Positions 42,531 to 52,125 are shown, counted from the stretch's first letter. The stretch: 56,846 nt of DNA from an uncultured Candidatus Saccharimonas sp. (GCA_943353165.1 CALRAM010000004.1:1-56846); one strand, 5' to 3'. The notes: a model not told the origin generated them from the letters alone. Program-made: numbers and translations.

Positions 42531-44504
42531 ATGGGCAAAATAATAGGAATCGATCTAGGAACAACTAACTCAGCTATGGCTGTTATGCAGTCTGGAAAAG
42601 CAGAGATTATCGCTAACAGCGAAGGCGCACGCACTACACCTAGCGTAGTCGCACTAAACAAGGCCGGCGAACGTCTAGTGGGTCAGGTAGCTCGTAGACA
42701 ACAAGTTACAAATGCCAAAAACACTATTTATGAAGTAAAAAGACTGATTGGTCGCAATTGGTCTGACAAGGAAGTGCAAAAAGACATAAAGCTAATGGGC
42801 TATGAAATGGTCAAATCTGGAGCTAGCGTAAAGGTAAAGATGGGCGACAAAGACTACAGCTCCGAAGAAATCAGTGCTATGATCCTGAGCAAATTAAAGG
42901 CCGATGCCGAAAGCTTTTTGGGCGAAGCCGTTAGCGAAGCTGTCATAACTGTTCCTGCCTATTTCGATGATTCACAGCGCCAAGCTACAAAGGATGCTGG
43001 CAAAATTGCCGGCCTAGAAGTAAAGAGAATTATAAACGAGCCTACTGCTGCTGCGCTAGCTTATGGGCTAGACAAGGGCAAGAAAACAGACGAAAAGATA
43101 GCAGTTTATGACCTTGGTGGCGGTACGTTTGATGTGTCTATCCTAGAGTTAGGCGACGGAGTTTTTGAAGTAAAGAGCACAAACGGCGACACGCATTTAG
43201 GTGGCGCAGACTTTGACAGGTTAGTCGTCAATTATCTGGCCGATGAATTCAAAAAAGAACACGGCGTAGATGTCAGCGATGACAAGGCTGCAATGCAACG
43301 CCTGCGAGACGAAGCAGAAAAAGCCAAAATTGAGCTCTCTTCTACGAATGAAGTAAATATCAATCTGCCGTTTTTGACTGCTGATGCAGATGGTCCAAAG
43401 CACTTCGAGCACAAACTTACACGCGCCAAACTAGATAGTCTGGTAGGCGAATTAATAGCCAAGACTGCTATTCCTTGCGAAAAAGCTCTGAAAGATGCTG
43501 GATTAAAAGCTAGCGATATTGATGCTGTTGTATTGGTAGGTGGAATGACTCGTATGCCTGCAGTCCAAAAAATGGTCAAGCAAATCTTTGGCAAAGACCC
43601 CATGCAAGGCGTCAACCCTGACGAAGTAGTTGCCGTTGGTGCTGCTATCCAAGGCGGCGTATTGCAGGGCGATGTAAAAGATGTTTTGTTGCTAGATGTA
43701 ACGCCACTATCTTTGGGCATAGAAACTCTGGGTGGAGTCACTACCAAGCTAATAGAACGCAACTCGACTATACCTACTAGCAAGAGCGAAGTTTTCTCTA
43801 CAGCTGCCGACAGCCAGCCACAAGTAGAAATACATGTGCTTCAGGGTGAAAGAGAAATGAGCACAGACAACAAATCTCTGGGCCGTTTTGTGCTGGATGG
43901 CATACCGTCTGCTCCACGTGGAGTCCCACAGATTGAAGTTACTTTTAACCTAGACGCCAACGGTATATTGAATGTAACTGCCAAGGACAAAGGTTCTGGC
44001 AAAGAGCAAAGCATAACTATCCAAGGTAGTAGCGGTTTGTCGAAAGACGAAGTAGAAAAAATGGCCAAAGAAGCCGAAGCCCATGCCGAAGAGGACAAGC
44101 AAAAACGCGAATCTATAGACGCCCGAAACAACCTGGACAGTAGTGTCTATCAAGCAGAAAAGATGAAGAGTGACAACAAAGAAAAGCTCTCCGAGGAAGA
44201 CTCAAAAGCCATAGACGAAGCAGTAGAAAATGCCAAAAAAGTGATTGCAGATGACAAGTCCGACAAAGAAGCCCTAGAAGCTGCCGCCAAAGAACTGAGC
44301 GAAAAGATTATGCCAATCGGCTCCAAAATGTACGAAGCTGCCGCCAAAGAAGAGGCTGAAAAAGAAGGCAACAAAGAAGATGGCGATAACCCTTCGACAG
44401 GCTCAGGGTCTTCGGACAAGTCCTCGAAAGACGAACCAGTAGAAGGTGAAGTCGTCGATCAACCAGAGGCAGAAACCAAAAAATCACAGAAACCAAAAAA
44501 ATAA
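42531..44504 (+). CDS. dnaK: molecular chaperone DnaK (Hsp70)
   Basis: [20 protein letters not shown] and [11 protein letters not shown] motifs. 657 aa with an extended acidic/Lys-rich tail. Confidence 0.98.
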   Translation: MGKIIGIDLGTTNSAMAVMQSGKAEIIANSEGARTTPSVVALNKAGERLVGQVARRQQVTNAKNTIYEVKRLIGRNWSDKEVQKDIKLMGYEMVKSGASVKVKMGDKDYSSEEISAMILSKLKADAESFLGEAVSEAVITVPAYFDDSQRQATKDAGKIAGLEVKRIINEPTAAALAYGLDKGKKTDEKIAVYDLGGGTFDVSILELGDGVFEVKSTNGDTHLGGADFDRLVVNYLADEFKKEHGVDVSDDKAAMQRLRDEAEKAKIELSSTNEVNINLPFLTADADGPKHFEHKLTRAKLDSLVGELIAKTAIPCEKALKDAGLKASDIDAVVLVGGMTRMPAVQKMVKQIFGKDPMQGVNPDEVVAVGAAIQGGVLQGDVKDVLLLDVTPLSLGIETLGGVTTKLIERNSTIPTSKSEVFSTAADSQPQVEIHVLQGEREMSTDNKSLGRFVLDGIPSAPRGVPQIEVTFNLDANGILNVTAKDKGSGKEQSITIQGSSGLSKDEVEKMAKEAEAHAEEDKQKRESIDARNNLDSSVYQAEKMKSDNKEKLSEEDSKAIDEAVENAKKVIADDKSDKEALEAAAKELSEKIMPIGSKMYEAAAKEEAEKEGNKEDGDNPSTGSGSSDKSSKDEPVEGEVVDQPEAETKKSQKPKK

Positions 44505-44567
44505 TAAAGCGACCTATTCCGTCGCCAAATTAGGCGCGTTTGTTGCATAAATGGTAGGCTTAAAAAT

Positions 44568-45656
44568 ATGAGTAAAAGAGATTACTACGAAGTGCTGGGC
44601 ATAGCAAAGACAGCCAGCGCCGATGAAATAAAGAAAGCCTTTCGAAAGGCAGCCATAGAACACCATCCCGACCGGGGAGGCGAAGAAGTCAAATTCAAAG
44701 AGGTAAATGAAGCCTATGAAGTCCTAAAAGACGCTTCAAAGCGCCAGCGATACGACCAGTTTGGGCATGCTGGAGTTGGCGGAAATGGTGGTGGCGGAGC
44801 TGGTGGCTTTGGTGGCGGCGGACAGGAAATGCACTTTGATTTTGGCGATTTGGGTCTGGGTGATATATTTGGTAGTTTTTTTGGTGGCGGACAAGGTCAA
44901 CAACAACAGCGCCCTAGCAGAGGCCGAGATGTTGAAACGAACTTTGAAATATCTTTTGAAAAGGCTGTTTTTGGCACAGAAGTAGAAATAAAACTTGACC
45001 TAGAAGATAACTGCGAACACTGCAAAGGTACCACAGTAGAACCGGGTCACGATTTAAAGAATTGTGCTAAATGCAATGGAGCTGGTCAGATAAGCACAGT
45101 AACCAAAACTATTTTTGGAAATATCCAACAAGCCGTGGTTTGTCCTGACTGCAAAGGTCGTGGCAAGGTTCCTGAAAAAGTTTGTACTGTCTGTAACGGC
45201 AAAGGCACAAAACGCAAAACCCAAGAAGTTTCCCTGAAAGTTCCAGCCGGAATTGACGATGGCGCTACAATCAGACTGCGCGAACACGGAGAAGCCATAG
45301 CCCAGGGGCCAAAAGGTGATTTGTACATAAATATTCGCGTCAAACCACACAAAAAGTTTACTAGAGAGGGCGACTTGATACTGAGCGAAGAAACTGTCGG
45401 TATGGTAGATGCGGCGTTGGGTACAGAAATAAATATAGATACAGTAGACGGGCCGGTAAAGATGAAAGTTCCGGCTGGTACTCAGAGTGGGACAGATTTT
45501 AAGCTAAGCAATCATGGGGTGCATCACCTAAAAGGCAGTACACGGGGCGCTCATATCGTAACTCTGAATGTGGAGACCCCGTCAAAGTTGTCTAAAAAAC
45601 AGACAGAACTACTAGAAGAGTTCAAAGCTTCTGGTACTAAAAGCTTCTGGAAGTAA
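44568..45656 (+). CDS. dnaJ: co-chaperone DnaJ (type I: J domain, G/F region, 4x CxxCxGxG)
   Basis: DYYEVLGI...HPD, a Gly-rich linker, and CEHCKGT/CAKCNGAG/CPDCKGRG/CTVCNGKG. Confidence 0.97.
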   Translation: MSKRDYYEVLGIAKTASADEIKKAFRKAAIEHHPDRGGEEVKFKEVNEAYEVLKDASKRQRYDQFGHAGVGGNGGGGAGGFGGGGQEMHFDFGDLGLGDIFGSFFGGGQGQQQQRPSRGRDVETNFEISFEKAVFGTEVEIKLDLEDNCEHCKGTTVEPGHDLKNCAKCNGAGQISTVTKTIFGNIQQAVVCPDCKGRGKVPEKVCTVCNGKGTKRKTQEVSLKVPAGIDDGATIRLREHGEAIAQGPKGDLYINIRVKPHKKFTREGDLILSEETVGMVDAALGTEINIDTVDGPVKMKVPAGTQSGTDFKLSNHGVHHLKGSTRGAHIVTLNVETPSKLSKKQTELLEEFKASGTKSFWK

Positions 45657-45664
45657 GCTAGATT

Positions 45665-46339
45665 CTAACTTCGATATTTGTCATGTTGTTGGTGCTGGAT
45701 TTTTTTGACTGCGCGCATATCCACGTCAGCTTGATCTATTAGTTCTTCTAGGCTCATACTTGATGACCACAAACTTTCGCCTATGGCAGCGGTGACACCT
45801 AGGTTTGAAAACTCAGAGCGTACTTCAAAGAAAGTGTTAGTTTTTTCTCTTAACCGGCTAGTTATGCTAGTCAGTCGTTCCTGGGGGCTGATTATTTTTT
45901 CACGATGGGGAGATAGATCGCAGAGTACCACAAACTCATCTCCACCAGCGCGGCCAATGTCCGACTCGCGCAAAGTTGAAGTCATTAGTTCAGCAAAGTC
46001 TACTAGTAGGTTGTCGCCAGCAGTATGTCCCAGAGTATCGTTTACTTTTTTTAAGTTGGTCAGGTCTATGAACAACAGTCCGATATCTTTGTTTGTTTTT
46101 TGGGCGTCCATTATTCTTTCTTCAGCCATCTCTTCCCACTTGTATTTGTTCCATAGTCCTGTCAGTCCATCGTGGCTTGCCCGGTAATTTTGTTGGTCGC
46201 GTTCCATAGAAATCCTTTCCAAAGCACCAAACAGTACCTGCGGATGGCTAACTTCCATACAGAGTGATCTGTCTGCGTTACAGTATTGCTGACAGATTTC
46301 GTTTGAAATAATTGGACAATTTTCTGGATTTATATTCAT
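45665..46339 (-). CDS. GGDEF-domain protein (putative diguanylate cyclase) with a Cys-rich N-terminal segment
   Basis: DGLTGLWNK...FIDLTNLKKVNDTLGHTAGDNLL...RAGGDEFVVL. N-terminus CPIISNEICQQYCNADRSLC. Confidence 0.85.
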   Translation of the reverse strand: MNINPENCPIISNEICQQYCNADRSLCMEVSHPQVLFGALERISMERDQQNYRASHDGLTGLWNKYKWEEMAEERIMDAQKTNKDIGLLFIDLTNLKKVNDTLGHTAGDNLLVDFAELMTSTLRESDIGRAGGDEFVVLCDLSPHREKIISPQERLTSITSRLREKTNTFFEVRSEFSNLGVTAAIGESLWSSSMSLEELIDQADVDMRAVKKIQHQQHDKYRS

Positions 46340-46435
46340 AAGTTTTTTTCAAATTGTTTGGACATCTCCTGTCAACAATTGCACTCCTTTAATTAAAGTG
46401 TTTGTGATTATGCTAATCATCGTTACAATTATTTC

Positions 46436-46549
46436 ATGGGCCACAAATCAACCAAACAAAGTGGATTTATTCCTATGCTAATAATCATAGTTTTATTTGT
46501 GGCATTGGCAGTATCCTTGGCCTATATTAGGGTACTGAAAGCCAAATAG
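46436..46549 (+). CDS. possible 37-aa single-TM peptide (MGHKSTKQSGFIPMLIIIVLFVALAVSLAYIRVLKAK)
   Basis: Found by eye in the 284-nt intergenic region. No clear RBS. Confidence 0.3.
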   Translation: MGHKSTKQSGFIPMLIIIVLFVALAVSLAYIRVLKAK

Positions 46550-46623
46550 CAATTGTAGTTGCAAAAAATACATTAAAATGTTAAAATACTGCTAATTATT
46601 TGTAACAGGAAAGCGGCAAATAT

Positions 46624-47103
46624 ATGAGCTCGAAGTCCACATTACCTATTATAGGTAGAACAGAAAAGGTGTTTTTCCCCGCACTTCAGGCAGGTCCCAT
46701 AAAAGCCAAGGTGGATACAGGTGCAGACCTAAGTAGTTTGTGGGCTACTGCTATAAAACTTGTGGACGAGGGTTTGACTTTTGTAGTTTTTGGCAAAAGT
46801 TCCCCAAATTACACAGGCAAAGTTGTTGTAGTACCAAAAGGGCAGTATGCAGTCACCACAGTGGTCAGTTCGTTTGGGGAAAAACAAACCAGGTATGTCG
46901 TAAAGCTCCAAATAAAGATCGCCAACAAACTAGTTCTGGGTACTTTTACCCTAGCCAACAGGTCGCGCAGTACATACCCAATTTTGCTGGGCAGAAAACT
47001 GATTAGTGGCAAGTTTCTGGTCGATGTATCATCTAGTAGTTCGGGCAAAAGGCCTGCAACCTCAAAGATTTCAGCCAATAATAGTAAAGAAGTAAGGAAA
47101 TAA
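46624..47103 (+). CDS. RimK-associated retropepsin-like protease (DUF785, 'ATP-dependent zinc protease' family; RimB-like)
   Basis: IGRTEKVFFPALQAGPIKAKVDTGADLSSLWA pattern. Lies immediately upstream of rimK. Confidence 0.8.
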   Translation: MSSKSTLPIIGRTEKVFFPALQAGPIKAKVDTGADLSSLWATAIKLVDEGLTFVVFGKSSPNYTGKVVVVPKGQYAVTTVVSSFGEKQTRYVVKLQIKIANKLVLGTFTLANRSRSTYPILLGRKLISGKFLVDVSSSSSGKRPATSKISANNSKEVRK

Positions 47104-47105
47104 TT

Positions 47106-48020
47106 ATGAAAATAGCAATTCTCAGCAACGGACCTGGAAACTACTCTACTAGACGCCTAAAAGAAGAGGCCGAGCTACGCGGTCACGAAGTTCGAGTCAT
47201 AAAATACCGCGAATGTTACGCCACCATAGAAAAGAGCAATCCAGAGATAAACTACCATGGCGAAAAGTTAAAAGACTTTGACGCTATAATTCCGCGCATC
47301 GCAGCCTCGTACACGAGGTACGGCGGAGCTATTGCTAGACAGTTCGAGATGCAAGGCGTTTTTACCACAGCTAGCTCCATAGCTATCGCAAGGTCTAGGG
47401 ACAAACTGCGCAGTATGCAACTGTTGGCTAGGGCAGATGTGGGTATCCCAAAAACTGTTTTCTCTCGTGGTGTTACGCCCGACGTAGATGATTTGATAGA
47501 GAGTTTGGGCGGTACCCCAGTCATCATAAAATTAGCCAGCGGAACACACGGCAACGGTGTGGTATTGGCAGAAACCAAAAAGGCAGCAAAATCTGTTTTG
47601 CAGGCTTTTTATGTTATGGACGACGACGGTACGAATATCATGCTCCAAGAATTTGTAGAGGAATCCGCCGGAACCGACATTCGCGTGTTGGTGGTTGGAG
47701 GCAAAGTAGTAGCCAGCATGAAGCGACAGAGCTTGGACGACGATTTTCGGTCAAACTTGCACCAAGGTGGTGAAGGCGTTATGGTAAAACTCACAGACGA
47801 AGAACGCAAAATTGCCCAGCGTGCCGCCAAAGCTATGGGCTTGTCTGTTTGTGGAGTTGACTTGATGCGTAGCAACAGAGGTCCATTGGTACTAGAAGTA
47901 AATTCTAGCCCCGGTTTTCAGATAGAAAAAGTAACAGGTCGAAATGTGGCCTTGGCAATCATAGAATATATAGAACAAAACGCCAACAAAAGCCGTCGAC
48001 GCGACAGAGTGGGCGCCTAG
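47106..48020 (+). CDS. rimK: RimK-family ATP-grasp alpha-L-glutamate ligase
   Basis: MKIAILS...RSRDKLRSMQLL...PVIIKLASGTHGNGVVLAE...DIRVLVVGGKVVASMKR...GVDLMRSNRGPLVLEVNSSPG. Confidence 0.93.
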   Translation: MKIAILSNGPGNYSTRRLKEEAELRGHEVRVIKYRECYATIEKSNPEINYHGEKLKDFDAIIPRIAASYTRYGGAIARQFEMQGVFTTASSIAIARSRDKLRSMQLLARADVGIPKTVFSRGVTPDVDDLIESLGGTPVIIKLASGTHGNGVVLAETKKAAKSVLQAFYVMDDDGTNIMLQEFVEESAGTDIRVLVVGGKVVASMKRQSLDDDFRSNLHQGGEGVMVKLTDEERKIAQRAAKAMGLSVCGVDLMRSNRGPLVLEVNSSPGFQIEKVTGRNVALAIIEYIEQNANKSRRRDRVGA

Positions 48021-48069
48021 TATTTTCTAGCGTGTTAAGGCTTTAGCATTTTAGTGATATTATAGGTTG

Positions 48070-48555
48070 ATGGACAGCTATATTATATTGGCAATTTTAG
48101 TGGGCATACCGATAGTATCGGCTGTATTATTTCGTATTAGCGGTATTTTGCTCTTTGTCGGAGCGGCTACGGGAATACTTCTGTCGCAGTACATTGCCGA
48201 AGACACCAGCATAGTACTCAATTCGTTTACCAACAACTCCAGCTTTGACCAATATATAAAGTTGGGGTTATTGCTACTGCCGGTGCTGTTGGTGATTGTT
48301 TTTTTAAGAAAAACAGTCAGTGCTGGGCAGCTGGTACTCCACATTGTACCCATTGTGGTAACCTCTGCAGCATTAGCCACAGTTGCTATGCATTTAATGC
48401 CTGGCGGTGTTGCCTATAATTTGTTACAAAATCCTTTTGGCAAAACAGCCAACACCAGTCAGAACATTTTGATTTCGGCATCTGCTTTGCTGACTTTGAT
48501 TTTGGCATTGTTGACAGCCAGGCACCGTGGAGGTCGTGGCAAACATCACCGATAA
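48070..48555 (+). CDS. hypothetical polytopic membrane protein
   Basis: ~161 aa with 4 hydrophobic helices and a basic C-tail RHRGGRGKHHR. Confidence 0.6.
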   Translation: MDSYIILAILVGIPIVSAVLFRISGILLFVGAATGILLSQYIAEDTSIVLNSFTNNSSFDQYIKLGLLLLPVLLVIVFLRKTVSAGQLVLHIVPIVVTSAALATVAMHLMPGGVAYNLLQNPFGKTANTSQNILISASALLTLILALLTARHRGGRGKHHR

Positions 48556-48686
48556 GTCCAGAATTTTTTTTCAATGAACAAATCCAATAAAAAGAAAGAA
48601 AAATTACAATACCTCTAGTGGCTATCATTGGCGTTTGGTCATTCAAGCATGAATCAAAGATTAATATGGTCAAAGTTTAACCACTG

Positions 48687-49634
48687 CTACTTTGAAAAAG
48701 TTTTTTTAACAAAAGCCGACATACTTTGCCGTGTGCTTGTTAGTAGCTTTCTTGCTAGAGCAGTATTAGATACTAGACTTATTAAAAGAGCCCCTGCACC
48801 GATAGACAGCAGTACCCATCCATAACTCCTGGTTAGTCGGCAGAAATTGTCGATAAGGTTATTGGCTAGAGCATTAGCAGGATCTGATTCTGTTAGAAGA
48901 GACGAACTTATCATAGGGCCGCCATAGGATATTGCCAGAACTATAGCGCCAGAAATGCCGAAAGCAAAACAGTAAGTTTTCAGAAGCCTTGCAAAGTTTT
49001 TGATATTCAACAAGAGCACACTTAAAATGCCGATTATTATGACCCACAACAAAGCGTTGGTGATGGTAGAGATAATCTTAAAGATCGATTGTAGCTTTAC
49101 TATTAATGCTAGAGGAGAATTCGGATTTTCAGCAATGTCCAAAATTCTAATTGTATCTGGTACAGATTTTATAAACTGTGATGTTGTGTCTGCTAGTCCC
49201 TGGGGTAGACCGACTGCAGGCAGGTACTGCTCGGCCTGCGATTTGAAGGCATATGTATTGAAGACTATTTTTTTATCTACCAGTTTAGTATCTTCGCCCG
49301 ACAAATTGTACATTTTTATTATTGCTGGCTCGGCAACCTTTGCTACATTTTCTGGAGTTACGATTGTGTCCGTAATTTTTGCGATAATTGCTCGTTTAAT
49401 AAAGTTGTTTTTAATGTTATCAGGTAGGTTATCGTTAAGCTCATTTTTAGCAATTTGTGCTATGTTATCAAAAGCGTGTGATTCCTTTAGAAAAAAATAA
49501 CTTTTTGCACCGGTAGTAAAGTTGTTTCTAATAACAAACGCAAAACTAACCAGAACAAGAGTAATCGTTAGTATAAATAAGACTACTCTGTTCCAGCCAG
49601 AATACGTTCTTTTAGTTTTTAAACCACCTGCCAT
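48687..49634 (-). CDS. hypothetical membrane protein (N-terminal TM helix, extracytoplasmic domain, C-terminal 3-4 TM helices)
   Basis: 315-aa ORF with consistent hydrophobic segments. Confidence 0.62.
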   Translation of the reverse strand: MAGGLKTKRTYSGWNRVVLFILTITLVLVSFAFVIRNNFTTGAKSYFFLKESHAFDNIAQIAKNELNDNLPDNIKNNFIKRAIIAKITDTIVTPENVAKVAEPAIIKMYNLSGEDTKLVDKKIVFNTYAFKSQAEQYLPAVGLPQGLADTTSQFIKSVPDTIRILDIAENPNSPLALIVKLQSIFKIISTITNALLWVIIIGILSVLLLNIKNFARLLKTYCFAFGISGAIVLAISYGGPMISSSLLTESDPANALANNLIDNFCRLTRSYGWVLLSIGAGALLISLVSNTALARKLLTSTRQSMSAFVKKTFSK

Positions 49635-49640
49635 AAAAAT

Positions 49641-50177
49641 TTATTTTGATTTGGTCTTTGGGTATAAGACAAGTCCCATGATACCTAGGGCTATACCGAC
49701 AATAACGGTGTAGATACCAATTACATTTACTAGGTCTAGGATTGCAGACAGTGGGCTTTTTAATACATATATTCCAAATAATACTGATACGAGGCCTACT
49801 AGCACAAAAAGCAGGCTACTACCTCTATCCTTGGTAATGATCCCAAGGTAGGTATCTACTACACCAGATACTATTAACCAAATCGCGATTAGGAAAGCGA
49901 TAATTTCGCCTGTTAGCTCTGGTCTTGCAACTAGGAAAATTCCTGCCACAACTCCAACTAAGCCCAAAACTACATGTACCAGCGATCCCTTGCTGGACTT
50001 TTCGTAGGCTGGCTCAAAAAAGGTTGATATACCTGTCAGTAGAATGTTAAGTGCAAAAGCATAAACCAAAACTAACAATGTGGCGCCAGGCCACACAAGC
50101 AGCGTTAAGCCTAGTCCAATATTGACTATTGCTCTAATTAATATTGCGTTCTTCGTTGGTAAAACTGCGATCTCCAT
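49641..50177 (-). CDS. HdeD/DUF308 family membrane protein
   Basis: 178 aa with 6 TM helices and repeated G-x-hydrophobic periodic helices. Strong RBS AAGGAGGTG. Confidence 0.72.
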   Translation of the reverse strand: MEIAVLPTKNAILIRAIVNIGLGLTLLVWPGATLLVLVYAFALNILLTGISTFFEPAYEKSSKGSLVHVVLGLVGVVAGIFLVARPELTGEIIAFLIAIWLIVSGVVDTYLGIITKDRGSSLLFVLVGLVSVLFGIYVLKSPLSAILDLVNVIGIYTVIVGIALGIMGLVLYPKTKSK

Positions 50178-50265
50178 AATTACACCTCCTTATTTAATAA
50201 CTTTAGTGTAAACCTTGACTGATACTATTTGCAAGCATTAAGCAAACTAGCTAGAAAATTTTTGC

Positions 50266-50430
50266 TTCATTGGAGGCCCAGCGAGGCTCGCCCACATTCT
50301 GCCGGCCCAGAACTTTCATACTAGCAACAAGTTACTAATCTGAAAGATTCTCTTGCGACCCGCCACAGGCGGGTCTCACTCACCACACGCTTCGCGTGCC
50401 GCGAGTTCAAATCTCTGCGAGATCTCTCCA
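50266..50430. other. structured non-coding spacer containing tRNA-Lys-derived pieces
   Basis: ttcattggagg-cccagcgaggctcg (50266-90) repeats the tRNA-Lys 3' end plus 5 flanking nt (50461-86). On the plus strand, GCGTGCCGCGAGTTCAAATCTCTGCGAGATCTCTCCA (50394-50430) is an inverted tRNA 3'-half look-alike. Also contains the hairpin GACCCGCC-ACA-GGCGGGTC. Confidence 0.55.
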
Positions 50431-50470
50431 ATGAAAAAACCGCCCATAAAGGACGGTTCTTTCATTGGAG
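50426..50470. terminator. 20-bp hairpin (bidirectional terminator) that includes the last 5 nt of tRNA-Lys
   Basis: CTCCAATGAAAAAACCGCCC-ataaa-GGACGGTTCTTTCATTGGAG. On the minus strand the core AACCGTCC/GGGCGGTT is followed by T6. Confidence 0.7.
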
Positions 50471-50541
50471 GGCCCAGCGAGGCTCGAACTCGCGACACGC
50501 GGCTTAAAAGGCCGCTGCTCTACCAGCTGAGCTATGGGCCC
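50466..50541 (-). tRNA. tRNA-Lys (TTT)
   Basis: Minus strand: GGGCCCATAGCTCAGCTGGTAGAGCAGCGGCCTTTTAAGCCGCGTGTCGCGAGTTCGAGCCTCGCTGGGCCCTCCA. Clean cloverleaf, with CCA encoded. Confidence 0.93.
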
Positions 50542-50554
50542 GACGGTCTAGGCT

Positions 50555-50583
50555 ATTATGCTACAACAGGGGTAAAAATACAA
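50555..50583 (-). promoter_or_regulatory. promoter of tRNA-Lys (TTGTAT-N17-CATAAT)
   Basis: Minus strand: TTGTATttttacccctgttgtagCATAAT. The spacer shares TTTACCCCTGT with the fMet-locus promoter. Confidence 0.55.
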
Positions 50584-50662
50584 GCCTAACTATTTTGGTT
50601 TATGGCTATGCTTTGGATTGGGCGTGGTAATTGCTACTCTGATGACAAACTACGGGGAAAAG

Positions 50663-52114
50663 ATGATAAAAAAGGTACAATTTAGGCGTACAACTTTGAT
50701 AGGTATGTTTTCAGTGGCTGTCGTATTGGGCGTGGCATCGGCAAATTTTGGCTTTTTTGTGGGCTCTAGCTATGTTATTGGGTTGTTTTTGGTATCTTTG
50801 GCTGTTATCAAAAAGAGAGGCTTTTTGGCATTGTTGTGCGTATTGATACTGGGTCTTGCTATTGGTAGCTGGCGTGGGGCAAATTTTTTACGATTACTAA
50901 ATCCTGTTAATGATTTGTATTCAAAACAGGTAATTTTGACAGGTATCGCACAAACTGACGGGGTTTATAGCAGTAATTCTCAGCTTAGTTTTGATGTCGG
51001 GCAGATTTCTATCTCTGACCCTATCCAAGCACAGGTTCCAGGAAAGATAAAGGCTGAAGGCTTTGGTATAAATGCTGTATATAGGGGAGACAAAGTGCAG
51101 GTAGAAGGCAAACTGCAGGACAGTATGGGGTCGCGTGTTGGTCGCGTCAGCTTTGCTACCATCAAAGTCATAGACCACAACTCTAGCCCAATAGAATCTG
51201 CTAGGCATGGGTTCAATGCCGGTATGTTTTCGGCACTACCAGAACCGCAGGCGTCATTTGGATTAGGGTTGTTGATAGGCGAAAAAACCACACTACCCAA
51301 AAGAGTTACCGATAATTTGTCTACAGTTGGGTTGACGCATATCATAGCCGTGTCTGGCTATAATCTGACAATCATTGTAGTAGCTGTCAGGCGGTTAATG
51401 TCCAAGCGGTCAAAATACCAAGCGGCCATGACAGCCGTTTTGCTGATAGGTTTGTTTGTTCTGATGACGGGATTTAGTGCATCCATAGTTAGGGCAGGCA
51501 TAGTTAGCATGTTAAGTATAGCGGCGTGGTATTATGGACGGTCTGTTCGGCCAATTCTGTTGATATTTTTTACTGCCGCCTTGACCGCACTCTGGAATCC
51601 GCTTTATGTCTGGACTGATGCTGGTTGGTACCTGTCATTTCTAGCTTTTTTTGGCGTATTGGTGTTGGCTCCGCTCATCGCCAATCGTACAAAATGGCGC
51701 CGAGCTCATAGCGTCATAGGTCTGCTGATGATAGAGAGCTTGTCTGCTCAATTGATGACAGCGCCTTATATCTTGTTTACCTTTAAACAGATTTCGTTGT
51801 TGGCACTTCCTGCCAATATATTGGTGGTGCCTTTGGTGCCGATAGCTATGTTTTTGTCGTTAATAGCTGGAATCGCAGGAATGATTATTACACCAATCGC
51901 TGGCTGGTTTGCCTGGCCGGCAAAAATCGTACTGACTTATATATTGGATTTGGCAGCCTTGTTTGCCAGAGTTCCAAACGCCGTCCTAAAACGCACACTC
52001 AGTGTGGGTGGGCTGACTATGATCTATGGATGTATGGTTTTGATAATTTTAGCATTGGCTAGGGCTGTAGCCAATCGTGGTACAATAACAGATAGTGATA
52101 CAGGTAATTCATAG
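50663..52114 (+). CDS. comEC: ComEC/Rec2 family competence channel protein (no metallo-beta-lactamase domain)
   Basis: DUF4131-like N-terminus plus the competence domain (GLTHIIAVSGYNLTII...SASIVRAG). Preferred start is MIKKVQF after GGGGAA. The track ORF begins at 50618 (TTG). Confidence 0.85.
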   Translation: MIKKVQFRRTTLIGMFSVAVVLGVASANFGFFVGSSYVIGLFLVSLAVIKKRGFLALLCVLILGLAIGSWRGANFLRLLNPVNDLYSKQVILTGIAQTDGVYSSNSQLSFDVGQISISDPIQAQVPGKIKAEGFGINAVYRGDKVQVEGKLQDSMGSRVGRVSFATIKVIDHNSSPIESARHGFNAGMFSALPEPQASFGLGLLIGEKTTLPKRVTDNLSTVGLTHIIAVSGYNLTIIVVAVRRLMSKRSKYQAAMTAVLLIGLFVLMTGFSASIVRAGIVSMLSIAAWYYGRSVRPILLIFFTAALTALWNPLYVWTDAGWYLSFLAFFGVLVLAPLIANRTKWRRAHSVIGLLMIESLSAQLMTAPYILFTFKQISLLALPANILVVPLVPIAMFLSLIAGIAGMIITPIAGWFAWPAKIVLTYILDLAALFARVPNAVLKRTLSVGGLTMIYGCMVLIILALARAVANRGTITDSDTGNS

Positions 52115-52125
52115 GGGTATGGTCA

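Noticed and set aside
50353-50589. 78-aa plus-strand ORF
   Set aside because: It runs antisense through tRNA-Lys and its terminator hairpin. It is an artefact of the GC-rich RNA sequence.
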